Shown: positions 60,722 to 64,000 of the stretch, piece by piece | Numbering within the stretch: position 1 is the stretch's first letter | How the letters are laid out: every line of letters starts with the position of its first letter | Assembly (NCBI GenBank): GCA_051530055.1 | Contig: CM121343.1 | Span: forward strand, 2,450,389 to 2,514,388 | Direction of reading: 5' to 3' | DNA length: 64,000 bases | From: Neoechinorhynchus agilis | Lineage: Eukaryota > Animalia > Acanthocephala | The notes under the pieces: model-generated | What the model saw: only the letters and a program-made list of their open reading frames with translations | Databases searched by the model: none | Told to the model about the DNA's origin: nothing | Made by a program: the position numbers and the translations under genes

Positions 60722-60824
60722 TAGCCAAATGGATCGTCATCTAAATAGTGACGTTCATGAATGGATTATTGAGTTTCCTACTGTATCTGCCTGCAGCCCA
60801 GCGAAACCCTAGCCAAGGGAACGG
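60722..60824 (+). rRNA. 28S: 28S rRNA fragment (~103 nt, immediately 3' of the R2 site); not a full rRNA gene
   Basis: TAGCCAAATG..TCGTCATCTAA.TAGTGACG..CATGAATGGATTA..GAG.TTCC.ACTGT...AGCGAAACC..AGCCAAGGGAACGG is about 80% identical (hand count) to the recalled eukaryotic consensus. Confidence 0.92.
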
Positions 60825-61592
60825 ACGGCAATTCCTAAATACGAAACGAAATGCAAAATATTTAAAGTTTACTTGTCGAAATCATGATCATCATCGATTT
60901 CGCTATTATAGAAAAACAAGTCACTTAAAATGGTTTTTTTGGTATGCAGAAAAAATATCATTGATCAAAACCAAAATGAGCCTAATAGAAGAAAGACAAA
61001 ATTGCAAAACAGCGCTCGAAGTAGTTTTGTAATATCGAATAAAAAAATATCGTGCTCAGAGTTTTTGTATTTGACTCAAAAAGTTCACCTCTCGCTAAAA
61101 TCATTGACAGAAGCAAACATTAAAAGATCAAAATGCTACATCGCTATATATTCATGACCTAGACTTAATTTTTCAGAGATCCAACCTTTTTAAAAGGCTT
61201 TGACCTCTAATTCTTGGTAGAAACACAAAACGGATATATTCCATTTCTAAAGATCAGCGAACGTAACCTGACGACCGTAAACATAAAATTAGTTCGAATG
61301 AATTTTGGTATTGAGTTTCAAACTAAAAAGATCGAAGAAATATTGAACTATCCTAGGCCTTCGATAATCGCTTTAAGTTTAAGCTTGAAACAATCAAGTT
61401 CTCTTCTTCCCAATGCGCAAGATTAATAAGATTAAAATCTGTCCAATCAGAATTCAAGAAAAAAATTTGCATCACTATGGAAACTTTTCATCCTTAAACG
61501 TTTCACTTCTGTAATATTGCGGCTTTAATACTAGTAAAATGAAAAGTTAGTATAAAATTTATATTTTTTTCTTAACATCTTTTCGTTTAGTG

Positions 61593-62147
61593 ATGAGAGA
61601 ATGCTTTTGTTTTAAGCAGAGCAGTGATGCAAAACTAAGTGAAATTAGCAATGGTGGGAGCACTAAGGAGACCAAAAAATTAAAAGGATCTCGTGGAATA
61701 TTGCGAGCATTAGTAAAATGCTTTTGCGGGGCTACGGAGTTAAAAGAGAAAGTTGATATCAGCAACAACTATAAAGATAGTGATTTGAAACTATCCTCCC
61801 ATCATGAAAACAAGAAAACGTGGCAAGACTATCGCGAAGGCTGGAAAAAAATCGCAGATGAAGTCATCAATCAGGACAACAATAAAATTATGATTATTGG
61901 GGGTTTGAAGCAAAAAGAAGAAGTCAATCCAACATCAAACATCGAAAATAAATGTACGGCTACATCCAAAGTTAATAAAAAATTGAAAAACCCAAATTCT
62001 GGAAAAATGAGAAAATCTTAGACTTCAACAACACAAGAAGATGGTTCAGATGGTGACCGTTGCATTTTGTACATAATGTGGACGGCAATATTTATTATGC
62101 TGCTGTGTGCAATTGTTGTTGGGAGCACATTTTTTAAATGTTATTAA
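61593..62147 (+). CDS. Orphan tail-anchored membrane protein, 2-exon model
   Basis: The in-frame TAG at 62019-62021 is also the acceptor of a 51-nt intron (61971-62021). The frame then continues to a C-terminal hydrophobic helix ILYIMWTAIFIMLLCAIVVGSTFF and TAA at 62145. Confidence 0.55.
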
Positions 62148-63691
62148 TATTAAAGTAGTTTCTAAATTGGTTTCCGCGTTACTTTCAATCGTTTGCGTGT
62201 TTCGCCTTTGTTCGAAATTAATGACAAAGTTTCCCGGCGTTTTTGCGCTTAACGTTACACATTAGATATTGAGCAAAAGCTGAACTTGGAGACGTGCTCT
62301 TAAATTTATTTAATGAAATGATCTCAATTAAGTGAATGCAAATCTGTTCACCGATTGGTCAAAAAGTTTTTCTAGTTGTTAGCATTTTAGGATATATTTA
62401 TTTCGCAACTTTTGAAAAAACGCAATGTTCTAATAACGATTTTAGCATTTTAAAAGCTTTTTTATTTAGGTAGAAAATCGGATAAACGGGTTGCACGAAG
62501 AATGAAATCTTATGTTATTCAATCCGAATCCAATGTTCGATCTCTCAAATTCGAGGAAATCTTTTGATTTCGTTGTTTTGGAACATGTTCAACGTGTTCG
62601 CTTCAGCTACGTTTTTTGTATTTATTAGAAATCACAACTTTTGGTATTAAAAAACATTTAATCGTCGAACGCATTTTTTGAAGGCTTTTTAACATATTTT
62701 TCAAATTTGCACCAATTTAAAAATGAACATAAAATGCGGATAAATAAAATTGTAAATGACTTTTGCAATTTCAAAAGAACACAAAACGATAAAATTAAAG
62801 ACAGGAGATCAAAACGACTTTATGGACAAAACTTCCGCGTAAAACAATTAATAAAAACCTGCTTATCGACCATGAATTGAATAAGATGATTAATTCCGTT
62901 AGAAAAGCTTAGTAATTCAAAATTATAACGATATTGAAAACCTGAAACTTTTCTGCGATGCATGCACCCTATCTTTTTTGAAAATCTTAAATCCAGACTT
63001 TTAGAACGCTCCTCACTACCATCAAAATCCATCGACACAAAGACAAAGGGTAAAATCATTTTGAAAAAATTATTTAGACATTTGATCATTCTATGCGGAT
63101 TCTTTAAAATAATGTTCTCTTATTGTAAGAGCAATGAATTATTAAAAATTTCTTTAAATTCTTTTGATAGGTGAAATTGGTCTTGAGATCGCTCGAGAAT
63201 ATATTTTCAATAACGTTGCGGAAAAAACGTGGAAATTATTTCTAAAAAAGGAGATCCTTCTAAAGATTTAAAATTTCTTCGTGTGATGTTTTAAATATCG
63301 AGCATAAAACAAATAACGATGGCAATATTGGCGATACCTGCAGAACACTAAATTGATTATAGAACTGGTTTTTATTGAAGTCAACCTTATAAAAATATAC
63401 AACTTTCTTCATCCTCAAACGTCGGTCCTCAGCAACACAATCCTTCCATGGTTTTTTCGGCCACTTTTTGGCCCCATTTGATCCTCCGTTTCGCGATAGC
63501 TTTCTTCACGTCCTCCACCTTCGCTGACCCCCGGGCGGCATTATTTGGGATCACGTCTTGCCTGGTCACCCACACATCCAGCTAATCATTTCGACCTCCA
63601 CTGCATTCGCTTGATGTGATTGGCAGAGGTGTTCCATGTCTCCGCCCATAAAACATGGCTGGCATTATTGCCGTCCTTTCAAGACCAGAGG

Positions 63692-64000
63692 AACTTTGAA
63701 TTTAAATTTTTTGCTTTCATTTGAATGGAGATTGATTAATAGGATAAAGCGCAACGAAAATGCTGTATAATTCAAATCTTTACTCAAACTTCCTCCAATG
63801 AAGATCCTTCAAAGAAGCATTTCAATATTTTGGTTTTTTACTCTGAAGAAGTCTGAAAGATGAATTAGTTAAATCTTTGAGTTTAAGGACGGAGCGTAGT
63901 CTTTACTAAGCGGTGTTTTCTCATTTCTACTTCGATTTGTAAATGAGCAATCGATTTCGTCGAAAAATTCTAAATGCTTTCATCAGTGCGATGAATGATT
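63692..64000 (-). repeat. Third partial copy of the 1.77-kb duplication (same orientation as arm B; runs off the window)
   Basis: Matches about 57232-57540. Confidence 0.93.

Noticed and set aside
19940-62021. Recurrent in-frame stops with coding sequence continuing (19940 TAG, 54004 TAA, 62019 TAG) suggested stop-codon reassignment
   Set aside because: Three ORFs of 660-800 codons contain no internal TAG or TAA, and genes here end in TAA or TGA. Two cases are explained by 3n introns and one by pseudogenisation.

Overview
AT-rich eukaryotic (metazoan) genomic DNA. It carries a few compact host genes with short (35-60 nt) GT-AG introns among dense, decayed transposon debris. The organism cannot be named from the sequence. 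Recognisable host genes are an intronless ataxin-2 homologue (41539-43929) and a 5-exon discs-large/MAGUK gene (52009-55398). Also present are a frameshifted SLC22-type transporter (24392-25891), an Axin-like RGS fragment (19403-20062), a 642-aa ORF of five helical repeats resembling the TFIIS N-terminal domain (27516-29444), and several orphan genes. Mobile DNA includes a Tigger/pogo transposon, Ty3/gypsy (Mag-like) LTR fragments, Penelope-like elements (PLEs) with minimal hammerhead ribozymes, CRE-like and RTE/other LINE fragments, and an R2 element. There are four tandem arrays (181, 158, 132 and 325 bp units) and a ~1.77-kb inverted segmental duplication. The best leads are: an R2 element lying outside rDNA but still followed by ~100 nt of its 28S target; a covarying two-hairpin RNA motif upstream of PLE hammerheads; a fold-back duplication of an Axin-like fragment; the five-repeat TFIIS-N-like orphan; and a tentative spliced-leader-like RNA with strong acceptors just upstream of several start codons. 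All assignments are by-eye motif recognition. No database searches were run.
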